A stretch of 64,000 bases of DNA, taken from a virus. Taxonomy: Duplodnaviria > Caudoviricetes. The notes beneath the pieces were generated by a model that was given only the letters and a program-made list of their open reading frames with translations, did not search any database and was not told the origin of the DNA. The position numbers and the translations under genes are program-made. Each line of letters starts with the position of its first letter. The stretch's first letter is position 1. Below are positions 11,501-21,334 of this stretch, one piece after another. The DNA lies in IMG/VR virus record IMGVR_UViG_2706795740_000001, positions 32,001-96,000 of that record; one strand, 5' to 3'.

Positions 11501-12294
11501 TTCTTGATTTCAACAGAAAGGCCCTTATTCAAGAGATTGAACGAACTGACTATAGACCTACGGATTATGTAACTTTTAAAGATGGTCTTGAAGAGGCTAC
11601 GTACAGTGAGTCACTTAGCGCTGTTTCAGCAGAAGCAGAGGAGGCCGCTTCGAGTAGTTACAACGAGTCGGTTGTTCATAAAATAGAAGAAACGTCTAAC
11701 GGTAGTTCAACGACAGGCGTTAACCACGATAGTGAAACTGCTTATATTAATGATAGAAGTAATTTTACTACTGTTGCTACGTACAAACAGGCCACAAATG
11801 ACGGCGTAAGTCAAGAAGCCTTGTTTGCCGAACAGGAGAGCACAGAAAGCAGTAGAAAAGAGGAAGCAGTCATTCAAGCAGGTACTCAAGCCGATACACT
11901 GTCAGGCCAAAGCCATTCTGTTTACGAAGACGTTGACAGTGCTACAAGAAAGAAGACTCAGCTTGAGACAGATATCGAAAATAGTTCTAGGGGAGATAAC
12001 AAGCGACCTGCGATCGAAACTAAGATAGTTGAGCCTGAAGACGCTAATCGCCGCAGACGTAGTGTTGATGTTCGTGCAGACGAGCCTGTAAATGGCCTCC
12101 GACCAATGAGGGTAGTTGTAACGTCCATTGAAACCCCTGAAGATGCTACGCGCCACAAGGAAATGGAGACAGCTATCATTAAACCAGAGGGCGGCACAAT
12201 GAAAACCCCTGAGACTCCGAAGAAGCCGCGTATCTGGTTGATTCTCGGTAAGATCGCATCATGGAGCATATGGAACTGGAAGAAAACAAGGTAG
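8563..12294 (+). CDS. Large acidic low-complexity structural protein (1243 aa)
   Basis: Long ORF with RBS; E/T/S-rich short repeats; basic Trp-rich C-terminus. Confidence 0.7.
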   Translation: MLNGKKSYLISFTALFAKKGYELKVGVEEFINSNNQYHLTAPVNSTYRTLKEDTMRDASKVPHSATGLFGRLFRAKNITEHEGFEIETVVASITSYLSDIHRHFNGETVSIVETEVMYSTDKLERAINADVATANETQSAPDSTYIQEIMEGGLYDVIAKIDEINKAKMPMNSETGEYDDYDTASPYSRLEGLVDGVNLSRTYELDLNAMIERAESSSIVRQILSGGVDIISHATHAPNDVNQGCVHYGHEGYVIGNDSVITKTGYAETVENMHMEKWTTHEIHMKAITLDVEHRASSRALIDLEQTYTGYKAEVTAQAIVEGTENATNSMSLDSQAELFTVADTYGNGEENVCLTEVESVQNGELSEAVAAEDIVDIDLQKTVFSETFMDSDMQDYTQIGLILEGHTQETITGDLIQPTYDGKVEGRIVDSENIANTLIEETVFYFTEQSAHIEEYTEAGTEIHPLVELPHLAEAIIYYFDSNIDRVDSSTAHIKEGLTLTTTIADNHQNADLQLLRRADTSNDTIIYHTSLSTKHQEEGVSPVGVEFGREEVGYESYSAMGLSATERNTKDAHEGSVLTEGGQTTEEAVILFPVRDTDYGRAADVSVIANSHQNLETNNADGAVEYASMGLVWKSLEADNERFTDTLFFNEGLGTNKILTDSVMHLGEGSLVEHILDTKNITKDRDGVVEELTAAETGPSIKSDTQVLLTFEQLKDIIANEPEIMRTVRLMEIMYGSRAVELIEAGMEDIMHDSLNEGFSASDKTAITESVIEQIKQAGAGVTAYASTQEYSQADQNKSGDVLVDSAEQGKSEIRDEATKEEVVMSSIYAFNRPTDLAALSRSIVQASHNMSIDHEINKAELATFGIGLKPQENETADTISKEEVVVKFTETAETGIGRSGEGPYKLKSVTKGIGFEGVLAETDTGQTISSGEGILCDTEMTDYSVDRNTVDGPITSETAVSSASATGIERRPEWAEFLDFNRKALIQEIERTDYRPTDYVTFKDGLEEATYSESLSAVSAEAEEAASSSYNESVVHKIEETSNGSSTTGVNHDSETAYINDRSNFTTVATYKQATNDGVSQEALFAEQESTESSRKEEAVIQAGTQADTLSGQSHSVYEDVDSATRKKTQLETDIENSSRGDNKRPAIETKIVEPEDANRRRRSVDVRADEPVNGLRPMRVVVTSIETPEDATRHKEMETAIIKPEGGTMKTPETPKKPRIWLILGKIASWSIWNWKKTR

Positions 12295-13386
12295 GTGGGA
12301 GAATTGGGAATCTACAAGAAGTGGAGTGGTGCAATCTTTGATGATAGGTTCGATAGTGGGAGTATTCATTCCCGCTATACTCTATCACCAAGCGATTCAG
12401 TTACGCTTGATAGTACGTTGGGCCAGTTAGTTATACCACACAATGAAGGCGACACGTCTGTCATGTTCGATGTACCTGAAGAGCCTACCCTGCTCATGGA
12501 AGTAACTGCCGACTATGTCCCTACTGAACTGATGGATGAGGGAGGCATAATCATCTGGCAGGATGGTTACCATCGTTTAGAGTTTCTTGAGAGCAAGGAC
12601 ACCACAGTACGGGAATATAGCCGTTGGCGAGCATTAAAGAAGGGTAACAAATGGACGTTTTTTGCCAACCGGGGCAGTGGTTGGGAAGTTTTCGATACCG
12701 CACCAATGGTTGCTGAGAAGATGGGTGTTATCCTGAGAAACAAGCATAAAGATGGGTTCGACACACTCAACGTTGACCGGATTGTAGTGTGCAAGAGCGA
12801 CAAGTTTACGGTGGGCAACCTTCCGGCAGGGTACACTGTTTATCTATGTAATCCTGAGGGAAACACGATATCGACGGCAGTAGTAGAGCCAAACTGGACA
12901 GGCTGTGAGATTGCCTTGCCGTCCGTACCGTACAACGGAATTATTCGCGTTTATGATGTTGATGGGAACTTGCTCTCTAGCTTGGGTGCGTTCGATATCT
13001 ACGGCGGAGATGTGTTCTTGTTTGGTACTGAACTGGAAGTGCATTGGAATGGTAAAGAATTGAACAAAGAAAAAGAAACTTATCTAGGGACTATGTATGA
13101 TGGGCAAATTCTTGTACAGATGGTTTTGGAGAATCCGTCAAAGGAAAAACCTGCGAGTACGATCACTCTAGGTATATTAAAGTATCTTGAGAAATTTGGG
13201 TATGAGTGGACGGACATATGCCAAGATGATGGTAATGATCGCCCTACAGGGGATTTCTCTAAGCTATTGGATATGGGGCATCTAGGCCCTTCAGGGTCAA
13301 AGAAGTTCTGGATGAAGGTAGAGAAGACGGGCGGTCATTTTCAGATCGAGCCGTTGCATTTTATTTTGGACATTAGTCATACGTAA
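12295..13386 (+). CDS. Concanavalin/beta-sandwich structural or adhesion protein
   Basis: Lectin-like beta pattern (GGIIIWQD, WTFFANRGSGWE); C-terminus weakly resembles the anchor domain. Confidence 0.55.
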   Translation: MGELGIYKKWSGAIFDDRFDSGSIHSRYTLSPSDSVTLDSTLGQLVIPHNEGDTSVMFDVPEEPTLLMEVTADYVPTELMDEGGIIIWQDGYHRLEFLESKDTTVREYSRWRALKKGNKWTFFANRGSGWEVFDTAPMVAEKMGVILRNKHKDGFDTLNVDRIVVCKSDKFTVGNLPAGYTVYLCNPEGNTISTAVVEPNWTGCEIALPSVPYNGIIRVYDVDGNLLSSLGAFDIYGGDVFLFGTELEVHWNGKELNKEKETYLGTMYDGQILVQMVLENPSKEKPASTITLGILKYLEKFGYEWTDICQDDGNDRPTGDFSKLLDMGHLGPSGSKKFWMKVEKTGGHFQIEPLHFILDISHT

Positions 13387-13400
13387 GGAGGCGGGTCTCG

Positions 13401-14240
13401 ATGGCAGGTACAAAGATGACATTGCACCGTTATGGTGGAGTGGAGTTTCAGCATTGGGCTGAACAGGAGATTATTGTAGATGACGCCTATCTTGCTTTAG
13501 GTCGCGGGCTATTCATCAAACTTGATCATAAGTACCAGATGGGGACAAGTCAGTTGGATGTGTTCTACAACGGAATGCATTTGCTTAAGGGCGGAGGCTA
13601 CGAAGAGATTGACTCGACCACTATTCGGTTGGACTTAGGGACATATGAGGGCGACACCCCCTTGGCAGGACGGCCCGTGCAGTTGTCATCTGGCGATGAG
13701 ATTTATATTAGGACATGGAAAGCCGAATTTGGACAGGGTAGCGGGAACATTGACGAATTACGCTTTAAGCAGTTAGAAGAAGAGGTAAGGCAGGCTAGGA
13801 AGTTCAAGGACGAAGACACATCGTATCCTAACTTAGATACTCGACTAGATTCTATTGAGCGGCGTACGGAAACCAAGACAATGGTATTTGTTCTAAGTAG
13901 GGTGTTCGAAGGCGTGGCTAAGTTTGTCATGCGCTTCCCGTATAATGGAGACATTACAGAGGTTTATGCTTCCGCATCAAATGCAGGAATAGCTGACACT
14001 GTGTTCCAGATTGAGAAATGTTCTCAAGATAGCTATGACAGCCCAAGTCCTTTGTGGGAAAACATCTTCAATGACAACCTGACGATTGATGCAAATGAAC
14101 GCTCTAGCAAGACTTCAGATAAACCGCATAGTGTTGCTATTACAAAAATCAATAAAGACGATCACTTTAGAATCAACGTGGTTGGGCTAGGAAAAGGCAT
14201 AGAAGGAGTCACTATTGAGTTAGTTGTAAAGCTGAGATAG
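13401..14240 (+). CDS. Putative virion fibre protein
   Basis: LDVFYNG..YEEIDS module and EVRQAR..YPNLDTRLD coiled motif typical of Firmicute tail fibres. Confidence 0.6.
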   Translation: MAGTKMTLHRYGGVEFQHWAEQEIIVDDAYLALGRGLFIKLDHKYQMGTSQLDVFYNGMHLLKGGGYEEIDSTTIRLDLGTYEGDTPLAGRPVQLSSGDEIYIRTWKAEFGQGSGNIDELRFKQLEEEVRQARKFKDEDTSYPNLDTRLDSIERRTETKTMVFVLSRVFEGVAKFVMRFPYNGDITEVYASASNAGIADTVFQIEKCSQDSYDSPSPLWENIFNDNLTIDANERSSKTSDKPHSVAITKINKDDHFRINVVGLGKGIEGVTIELVVKLR

Positions 14241-14320
14241 TCCTACAACTATTCGGTAATTTCTAATTAGATTTTACGTGCGGAGATACACTGTATTTCA
14301 TAAAGGAGAGGTGAATACAA

Positions 14321-14680
14321 ATGGCTGGAACTAGGGGCATTGCTAGATTACGCGGCGAACAGTTGAATAATAAACTAATACGTAACAACCACTTCGATGA
14401 AGCAAGCAAGATTAATGAACGCTACTTGGACTTTGAAGAGGAAGAAGAGATTTTTGAAGCATCGGGCGGGGAGACCGAATACAACCTTGTAAAAGGCATT
14501 GCCCGACCAAAGACTGTACTTCTCTCCATTAACGGTCAAGTACAAGTCCCGACAATCGACTTTGAATTCAAGATAAATGCTCAAGGTAACATTGTAGGGT
14601 TCAACTTCGCACCAAACACTTTGAAGACAACTGGTGGAGTCCCAGATGTTCTATATATTAAGTACAAGAAAGTCTTGTAA
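14321..14680 (+). CDS. Small structural protein
   Basis: RBS GAGGTG; INGQVQ..DF module as in neighbouring genes. Confidence 0.6.
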   Translation: MAGTRGIARLRGEQLNNKLIRNNHFDEASKINERYLDFEEEEEIFEASGGETEYNLVKGIARPKTVLLSINGQVQVPTIDFEFKINAQGNIVGFNFAPNTLKTTGGVPDVLYIKYKKVL

Positions 14681-14688
14681 TTTCAGAT

Positions 14689-14717
14689 AGACCCTAAAAT
14701 AGGGGTCTTTTTATTTT
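14689..14717 (+). terminator. Intrinsic terminator
   Basis: GACCCT...AGGGGTC hairpin plus T-run. Confidence 0.6.
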
Positions 14718-14730
14718 CTTACAACGCTGG

Positions 14731-14761
14731 TGTTAAGGATTCAACTAGGCATCTTATATTG
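14731..14761 (+). promoter_or_regulatory. Putative late promoter TGTTAAG-N15-CTTATATTG
   Basis: Both boxes and spacing identical to the copy at 38907..38937(-); lies just after a terminator. Confidence 0.65.
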
Positions 14762-14821
14762 TATTTAGCAATAAGAAAACAAGACAAGGCACATCCTTGC
14801 AAAGAATAAGGAGGTTATCAA

Positions 14822-15295
14822 ATGCCAGCACCTCAAGTTTCTTGGTATACTGCTGATAACAGTTCACAGGTGACACAGTGGGATATCGGTACAGTTGACG
14901 CAGGTTCTTTATCCCAAACATTCAGCGTATTGATATGGAATAACCGTGGCGGCTCTACCGCAGTATCTGATATGCAGAATTGTGTAATTACAACGAAAGA
15001 CTATTCAGGTGGTAATACAGGAGAGCTTGTTACAAATAATTGGATTGAAGTCAAAGTGGACTCTCTATCTGAGACAGGATTTACTGCAATCGGTGGCACT
15101 TTAGTAAAAGAAATTCGCGCTACGAAATCTGATACTCCTGCGGGCACAATTAAAGGGACGGTCAATGATGGTAACATTGCCACAGAAAATACCACGGCCA
15201 ACTTCAGTAAAGTCACTCTCCGTGCAAACGTACCGCCTACTGCAACTGCGGGTCTTGTGACATTTCTTACACGCGTCTCTTACCAATTTGTGTAA
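14822..15295 (+). CDS. Putative virion protein, stand-alone anchor-like domain
   Basis: WDIGTVDAG..S.TF.V.I.N resembles LD(V/F)GTIVAG of the two adhesin C-termini; strong RBS. Confidence 0.65.
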   Translation: MPAPQVSWYTADNSSQVTQWDIGTVDAGSLSQTFSVLIWNNRGGSTAVSDMQNCVITTKDYSGGNTGELVTNNWIEVKVDSLSETGFTAIGGTLVKEIRATKSDTPAGTIKGTVNDGNIATENTTANFSKVTLRANVPPTATAGLVTFLTRVSYQFV

Positions 15296-15336
15296 GGGAA
15301 GACAAGTCTTCAATACAATGAAGGGGGAAACGTAAC

Positions 15337-15939
15337 ATGCTTTCTGTTTTCAACGAGTGCAACGGGGTCTCTCCGGTGGCTCAGGACTTTATCTGGCTAG
15401 GTGAGTATTTCGATGGGACTTGCCTTGCTGAATTTGATTTGCAGACCAAAAAGGAAAACAGCTTCTATCATATCAAGCGGGACAAATTAATTCGTTTTGG
15501 TCTGATTGGGCATGGGCTTAAGCTGTTCTTCGAGAGTGACGGGGTGTTTAACCTTAACGGCACAGGTATTGAGGTTGTTTACAAGTACGGTGACAAAGAG
15601 TATCCGCTTACAGGACATAGTGGGCAATATTCCGATATCATTTCGTATAAGGATGCAGAATCTACTGTAAACTTGGCTGGCGGAGGAGTCGCAAATACTA
15701 CCATAAACCAATATAACTTCGGGTATAAGACAGTTCTAAAGATGGATGGAACAACATTCCAGTTCAAAGCGTTGTGTAAAGTGCCGTATGGTCACCCAAT
15801 GTTCATGCATTTTTGGCTAGTCGCTGACAAGAAACTTAACGGAGTTTTACAGATTAAAAAGAACAATCGAATCGTGGAGGAATTACAAGCCCCTCTCAGA
15901 AAAGGCGTGGGCGGCGAAGTCAAATTTGGACTGTCTTAG
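15337..15939 (+). CDS. Hypothetical structural-module protein
   Basis: 200-aa ORF with RBS, in operon. Confidence 0.65.
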   Translation: MLSVFNECNGVSPVAQDFIWLGEYFDGTCLAEFDLQTKKENSFYHIKRDKLIRFGLIGHGLKLFFESDGVFNLNGTGIEVVYKYGDKEYPLTGHSGQYSDIISYKDAESTVNLAGGGVANTTINQYNFGYKTVLKMDGTTFQFKALCKVPYGHPMFMHFWLVADKKLNGVLQIKKNNRIVEELQAPLRKGVGGEVKFGLS

Positions 15940-16022
15940 GATTAAGGCAGTCTTTTCTATATCAAGGGCAGTGAATATAGCTGTCTGACTTTCCTGTCAG
16001 CAACGTATGAAGCCAAAGGATA

Positions 16023-18938
16023 ATGAGAGAGGTCGATACAATGGCTAACTTGAAAAATACAAAAATTGCAATCAACACAACAGGAGTAAACAAGCAAGTG
16101 TCCGGTAAAAACACCGTAGCTTTTTGGATGTTCTGGCGCGGTGGCCCAAACAATATGCCGTTTGGGTGGGACGGGCTTTTCGATCTCCTTGCCCACCCTG
16201 ACCATTTTGGGTTTCACACTGGACAAGGAGATTTACTGGGAATTCCATCTATAGGTTTAGCAAATAGGTGGGTGCATGTTACTGCTGTGTTTGCTAATGA
16301 AGCACCGAACACAGACAACTTTGAATTATATATTGACGGTGTAAAGCAGACCATTACGAAAATGCTTCCCACTAATCCCCTTAATGGAACAGCAACCGAT
16401 ATTGCCTATGTTGGAGGGTGGGGGTTTAACGATTCATATAACTTCAATGGATATATCAAGCATGTGAAGATTTGGAATAGGCGTTTGAACGAATCAGAGA
16501 TAGTAGAGTACATGAACCCAAGAAGCAGTGTACCGTTAACTAATCTTGTAGGGCAGTGGGACAACGATTTAATGGAAGACCTAGCACCGCAGTTTGATTT
16601 AGCACAGGCATGGGGAGCGGCTAGATTTGACCCCGCAGGTCTTTGTGAACCAAACAACAGTTACCCGTTTGATGATAATGGCGATAAGTATGCAGGGTTC
16701 ATTTTCCAGTGGGATTCCCCAATCATGTTTAAAAAATTGAGGTTTAAGTCCCATCCTAACTACCCTTGTCGTGATGTAGATATCTATGTTGAAAACCAAC
16801 TGGTTGTTAGTGGGGTGACCATCACTGGCTCTTGGATGGAGTTTGAAGGAAGTTGGTCTGGAAAATCTATCACACTCATTCGAAAAGGAACTGGCGACCA
16901 AACGATTCAGCAAGTGGAGTTTTTCGGAGAGTTGTTGATGAATTACGAGCCAGTCGTAAGGGTTGTAAGCACTGTCCCTGCGTGGCATGCTTCCGCTATG
17001 AGCCTGCTTCAGATCGACAATACTTTGGATGTAATTGGAACTACTGGTTACGGGGGTGATTCCATATGGCACATGAAAAGAACCAACCCTGTAGGCGGGA
17101 CTGTTGTCAATACAGAGACATACCTGATAAACGGGTTTAATTATTCGACATCTTATCCTGACAGCATGGTTTACAACTCTTGGAACGACCATTTGTACGT
17201 AATACATGATGAAAATCCCCAAGTGTTGTACAAGTACCGGATTAACAAGGATGGCGAAAATTGGAGTGTTGCACATGTAGCTGACTATAGCATTCAAAGC
17301 GCTCCGGGCGGAGTCCTAAATTCTTGGGCAGGAGCTAAGTTTGCCATAAACAAGCAGTCCTTTGACGGATACCTCTACTTACTTGCCAACCACCAAGGGT
17401 ACGCATTTGCAAAGCTTTACCGCATCCCAGTGGACACGAATAATGCTCTCCCTGAGTTCATTTGCGATATTCCATTCTACTTTTCGAACAAGCTGTGTAA
17501 TTTCGCAGTCACTAATGATTTTATATTCCTGCCTACTACCCAAACTCAGCTCGGTGTATTCAGCAGGAAGAATGGAAATATATGCCAAGTATTCCCTATG
17601 GAAGGCAATGTTGGCGGTTACTTTAACGCAACAAGCCACCAATACAACGGAAAAATCTATGTTTTGGTCAATGGGTACGGTTATGCTATGACTCAGCTTC
17701 AAGTGGAATACGAAGTTAACGTGAATGACTTAACTATAGCCCCCTCAGAAGTAGCGAGACAGGATGCCGCGCTAACTGCGGTTGTGCTACATAGGAACGG
17801 AAAACCATGTAGTTATAGGATACTCGTGAATGGGGATGAGAAAGCATCATCTGGTGTGGCAAATACGCCATTTAATATATTCGAGACAATCTCCAACTCA
17901 GATTTGGTTATTGGCGCTAATATGGTTACTGTTGAAGTAAAGGATATAGATGGTGTCACAACAACAGTTGCCACTGCGATAACCAAGACTAATACATCTC
18001 CTGACGGTAAAGTAACACTATCGAGAGCGACATGCCACAAAGAAAACATTGATGTAATGATTGACGTTAACGATGCAGAGAAGGATAAGGTAAGGTTTCA
18101 AGTGCTGTTGAACGGAAAGAGAGTGTATCCTGAATCTGGTTATACTTCTTACCTTAATGTGCCGTTTAGTTATGTATATACCGTTCACAACAAAGACTTG
18201 AATGTCGGGACAAACGAGTTGGAGGTTATCACTGAAGACCAGTACGGATACAAGGATACGGACATTTTAACGGTCACAAAGGTTAATAATCCGCCTACCA
18301 TTAAAGACCCCACATTAAAGGGGCAGATTGTATACGCTACGCTCGATGAGAGTGACGGAGATATGCTCAGGTATCAGATCAGTGTTAATGGAGTGAGGAC
18401 GTATCCGCCTGACATCCAATGGACGGGATATTTGAATGCCCCCGCTACTGTATTCTTTAGGATTCCAGACTCAAACATAGATTTCGGAAATGTGCACACA
18501 ATTAGCATTACAGCCGAGGACGATATGGGGAAGTCTAGTACGTGGGTGGTGAGTGAGACGATAGATTATGCAGGACTCATGTTTACGGACGAGTCAGGGA
18601 TGTACTATTCCACTAATTTGGGGAATATTCTCAAATACCTTGATGTAGGGACTATTGTGGCGGGGGAGACTTCTAGTACATTCAAGGTATATTTAAAGAA
18701 TACAATTGGATACAAGATTAAGAATATTACGCTCTATCCCGTACAAAGAGACCTTGACCCTGTAAACGAAGTAGTGGAAATTAGTCTTTCAAACTCGCCC
18801 TTTGACCCCAAACGACAACTTGAAATCACTGAGCTTGACCATAACGAGCAAGTTCCGTTCTACGTGAGGATTAATACAACACGGAAAGCCATTAGAGGCG
18901 GCCTTTTTGATATCAGGGTCATAGGAGACCCTGCATAA
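16023..18938 (+). CDS. LamG-domain adhesin / receptor-binding protein (start possibly 16041)
   Basis: N-terminal LamG motifs (WVHVTAVF, LYIDG, FNGYIKHVKIWNRRL); Ig-like repeats; shared C-terminal domain. Confidence 0.75.
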   Translation: MREVDTMANLKNTKIAINTTGVNKQVSGKNTVAFWMFWRGGPNNMPFGWDGLFDLLAHPDHFGFHTGQGDLLGIPSIGLANRWVHVTAVFANEAPNTDNFELYIDGVKQTITKMLPTNPLNGTATDIAYVGGWGFNDSYNFNGYIKHVKIWNRRLNESEIVEYMNPRSSVPLTNLVGQWDNDLMEDLAPQFDLAQAWGAARFDPAGLCEPNNSYPFDDNGDKYAGFIFQWDSPIMFKKLRFKSHPNYPCRDVDIYVENQLVVSGVTITGSWMEFEGSWSGKSITLIRKGTGDQTIQQVEFFGELLMNYEPVVRVVSTVPAWHASAMSLLQIDNTLDVIGTTGYGGDSIWHMKRTNPVGGTVVNTETYLINGFNYSTSYPDSMVYNSWNDHLYVIHDENPQVLYKYRINKDGENWSVAHVADYSIQSAPGGVLNSWAGAKFAINKQSFDGYLYLLANHQGYAFAKLYRIPVDTNNALPEFICDIPFYFSNKLCNFAVTNDFIFLPTTQTQLGVFSRKNGNICQVFPMEGNVGGYFNATSHQYNGKIYVLVNGYGYAMTQLQVEYEVNVNDLTIAPSEVARQDAALTAVVLHRNGKPCSYRILVNGDEKASSGVANTPFNIFETISNSDLVIGANMVTVEVKDIDGVTTTVATAITKTNTSPDGKVTLSRATCHKENIDVMIDVNDAEKDKVRFQVLLNGKRVYPESGYTSYLNVPFSYVYTVHNKDLNVGTNELEVITEDQYGYKDTDILTVTKVNNPPTIKDPTLKGQIVYATLDESDGDMLRYQISVNGVRTYPPDIQWTGYLNAPATVFFRIPDSNIDFGNVHTISITAEDDMGKSSTWVVSETIDYAGLMFTDESGMYYSTNLGNILKYLDVGTIVAGETSSTFKVYLKNTIGYKIKNITLYPVQRDLDPVNEVVEISLSNSPFDPKRQLEITELDHNEQVPFYVRINTTRKAIRGGLFDIRVIGDPA

Positions 18939-18962
18939 TGTGTTTTTAGGAAGGTGATATAA

Positions 18963-21290
18963 ATGAGTGGACAATCATCCTATCATGGCTTGTTTATTAA
19001 GAATGATGGAGCTGTATACGGGGTCGGCTACAACCACTACGGCCAATTGGCTCAAGAAAGGAATGTTAATACGTCCAATGTGAATTGGCAACCACAAATA
19101 TCTAAAGGTTTGTCTAATGTCAAGATGGTCGCACAGGGCATGTACCACTCCCTCATCTTGTCTAATAATGGGGAGCTATACTCTGTAGGATATAACTACT
19201 ATGGCCAATTGGGTACAACTGTAGGTTGGCGTACACAAAACGCACACCAAGACCCAGTGCTGATAATGGCAGATGTTAAAGAAATCGCCTGTGGGTATCT
19301 TCATTCTGTTGTTCTAAAGGATAACGGAGACGTTTACACCTTTGGTTATGGCAACTTCGGTCAGTTAGGGAACGGTAGTTATAATGATGTCTCTGTTCCT
19401 CAGAAGGTTGCCACTAATGCGAAACATGTTGGGGCAGGAAATATTTGTTCATTTTATATTTCACAGGACGACAAATTGTACGGATGTGGGTATAACAAAT
19501 ACGGAAACTTGGGGCTATCAAATACAGCCGACCACTACCAATGGACATACATCATGAGTGATATTAAACAAGTTGATGGCGGCGTTTACCATTCATTGTT
19601 CCTTACGCTTGATGGTAAGGCTCTTGCCTGCGGGTACAACTATTACGGTCAGCTTGGGACAAATGTGGGGGCTGGATTAAGTACTGCCTACCCACAACCA
19701 CGGGAGATAATGCAGGATGTTAAGCAGGTGGTAGGGGGAGGAGACTCCACGTATATTGTAACTTCTTCAGGAGATTTGTACACCGTAGGAAGAAGTAACT
19801 ACGGGCAGTTAGGTAGCGGTTCTTATTCTGACATAAACTACCAATTAAAGAAAGTGCGAAGCAATGTCAGGCAAGTGGCCGCAGGGTACTATCACTCTCA
19901 CGTGCTTGACAATGATGGGAAGGTTTACGGTGCAGGGTGGAACTTGTACGGGCAGGTAGGAGTGTCAAACAATACTGGAACTAATGCCCCCAACCCAAAT
20001 TATCTGTTTGTGACAGATAATGTTAGGAAACTATACGGTACTTTGGAGTCTGTTATTAGGTTCACTGACGTATCAGTAACCTCGTCATTCCATAAAGAAG
20101 ATGTTAGCCTTACTATGAATATTGGTCATGTAGCTAAGGATTTGGTCAGTTACCGTATTTTGGTGAACAACACTCAAAAGTTCCCAAACAAGGGGTGGAC
20201 TCCCCCACAAAATACAAATTTCATTCTGACGAAACTTCTTCCACATTCCTTCTTCGATCTAGGGGATAATGTATTGGCCCTTGAAGTTAAGGACTCTAGT
20301 AGTTCCGCTGAGGCCATATCATTCAATATTACTAAAGTTAATCAAAACCCCGCAGTAAGCCCATTGCTATCCTCCACTACGGTTCATAAGGATAATGTTA
20401 GAGTTGGCGGGAGTGTCAGTGATATTGATGGAGATAAGGTACAGTATCGTGTCCTTCTCAATAACGTCCAGAAGTACCCTACGCTCGGATTCACCGAACT
20501 TATGCCATCTCCTGCGAATATAGGGGTAGTAATCAACAACGCAGACCTCAGTGTAGGAGCTAACACCCTGAAGATCGAAGCCAAGGACGACTTAGGGGCA
20601 CTGACAACATGGTCGCAAGTAATAATTAAAATGAATACCGCACCAAACATCACAGGAGATGTATTTGGAAACTTCATCAATCTTCAAGTAGCTGACTCTG
20701 ATAGGGACAAGGTGCAGTACCGAATCATCTTCAATGGTGTTCAGCTATATCCGCAAGACGGGTATACTGAATATGCACAAACCCCTTTTGATATCAAGTA
20801 TACTATCCCAAGACAGCTTGTTAAAAAAGGGATAAACAATACAGTACGTGTCGAAACAGTTGATGAGCTAAACGGATATAAGGCTTGGGAGAAGAATTTC
20901 ACAGGTGCATACTCCGGTCTTATGTTTTGTGATGCGACTGAGACATTTTATTCGGATGATTTCGGTGACATTTTGAAGTACCTAGATTTCGGGACGATAG
21001 TGGCAGGCCAGACCACTGCGGCAGAGCGTGTCTTTATCAAGAATACCCTCGGCTATCCTGTAGAGAATCTTCGCATATGGGTTAACCACAGAGAACTTGA
21101 TGGGCTGAACGCTAAGGCAGAAATAAGTAAGCTAGATGCCCCATTTCAAGCCCTTCCTGAGTTAAAATACGTTGAGAGAATTAATCACAATGAGAAGATT
21201 AGCTTCTATGTAAGAGTAGCAACTACAAGACAAGCTATGTGGGGCGGAATGTTTGACGTTCTAACCAAGGCTGACCCTGCTATGGGCTAA
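18963..21290 (+). CDS. RCC1/BLIP-II repeat beta-propeller adhesin
   Basis: About 7 GYNxYGQLG / GxxHS repeats; Ig-like repeats; C-terminal domain shared with 16023..18938. Confidence 0.85.
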   Translation: MSGQSSYHGLFIKNDGAVYGVGYNHYGQLAQERNVNTSNVNWQPQISKGLSNVKMVAQGMYHSLILSNNGELYSVGYNYYGQLGTTVGWRTQNAHQDPVLIMADVKEIACGYLHSVVLKDNGDVYTFGYGNFGQLGNGSYNDVSVPQKVATNAKHVGAGNICSFYISQDDKLYGCGYNKYGNLGLSNTADHYQWTYIMSDIKQVDGGVYHSLFLTLDGKALACGYNYYGQLGTNVGAGLSTAYPQPREIMQDVKQVVGGGDSTYIVTSSGDLYTVGRSNYGQLGSGSYSDINYQLKKVRSNVRQVAAGYYHSHVLDNDGKVYGAGWNLYGQVGVSNNTGTNAPNPNYLFVTDNVRKLYGTLESVIRFTDVSVTSSFHKEDVSLTMNIGHVAKDLVSYRILVNNTQKFPNKGWTPPQNTNFILTKLLPHSFFDLGDNVLALEVKDSSSSAEAISFNITKVNQNPAVSPLLSSTTVHKDNVRVGGSVSDIDGDKVQYRVLLNNVQKYPTLGFTELMPSPANIGVVINNADLSVGANTLKIEAKDDLGALTTWSQVIIKMNTAPNITGDVFGNFINLQVADSDRDKVQYRIIFNGVQLYPQDGYTEYAQTPFDIKYTIPRQLVKKGINNTVRVETVDELNGYKAWEKNFTGAYSGLMFCDATETFYSDDFGDILKYLDFGTIVAGQTTAAERVFIKNTLGYPVENLRIWVNHRELDGLNAKAEISKLDAPFQALPELKYVERINHNEKISFYVRVATTRQAMWGGMFDVLTKADPAMG

Positions 21291-21315
21291 AAAATACCCT
21301 TGCCACCTTATAATG
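21285..21315 (+). promoter_or_regulatory. Putative late promoter GGCTAAA-N15-CTTATAATG
   Basis: Motif and spacing match other copies; directly upstream of RBS and start. Confidence 0.5.
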
Positions 21316-21334
21316 GTTGGTGAGGGTTTTTCAT

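Noticed and set aside
16599-17297. Long antisense ORFs (e.g. 16599..17297, 10362..10916, 52926..53399)
   Set aside because: They overlap well-supported genes on the opposite strand and show no recognisable motifs
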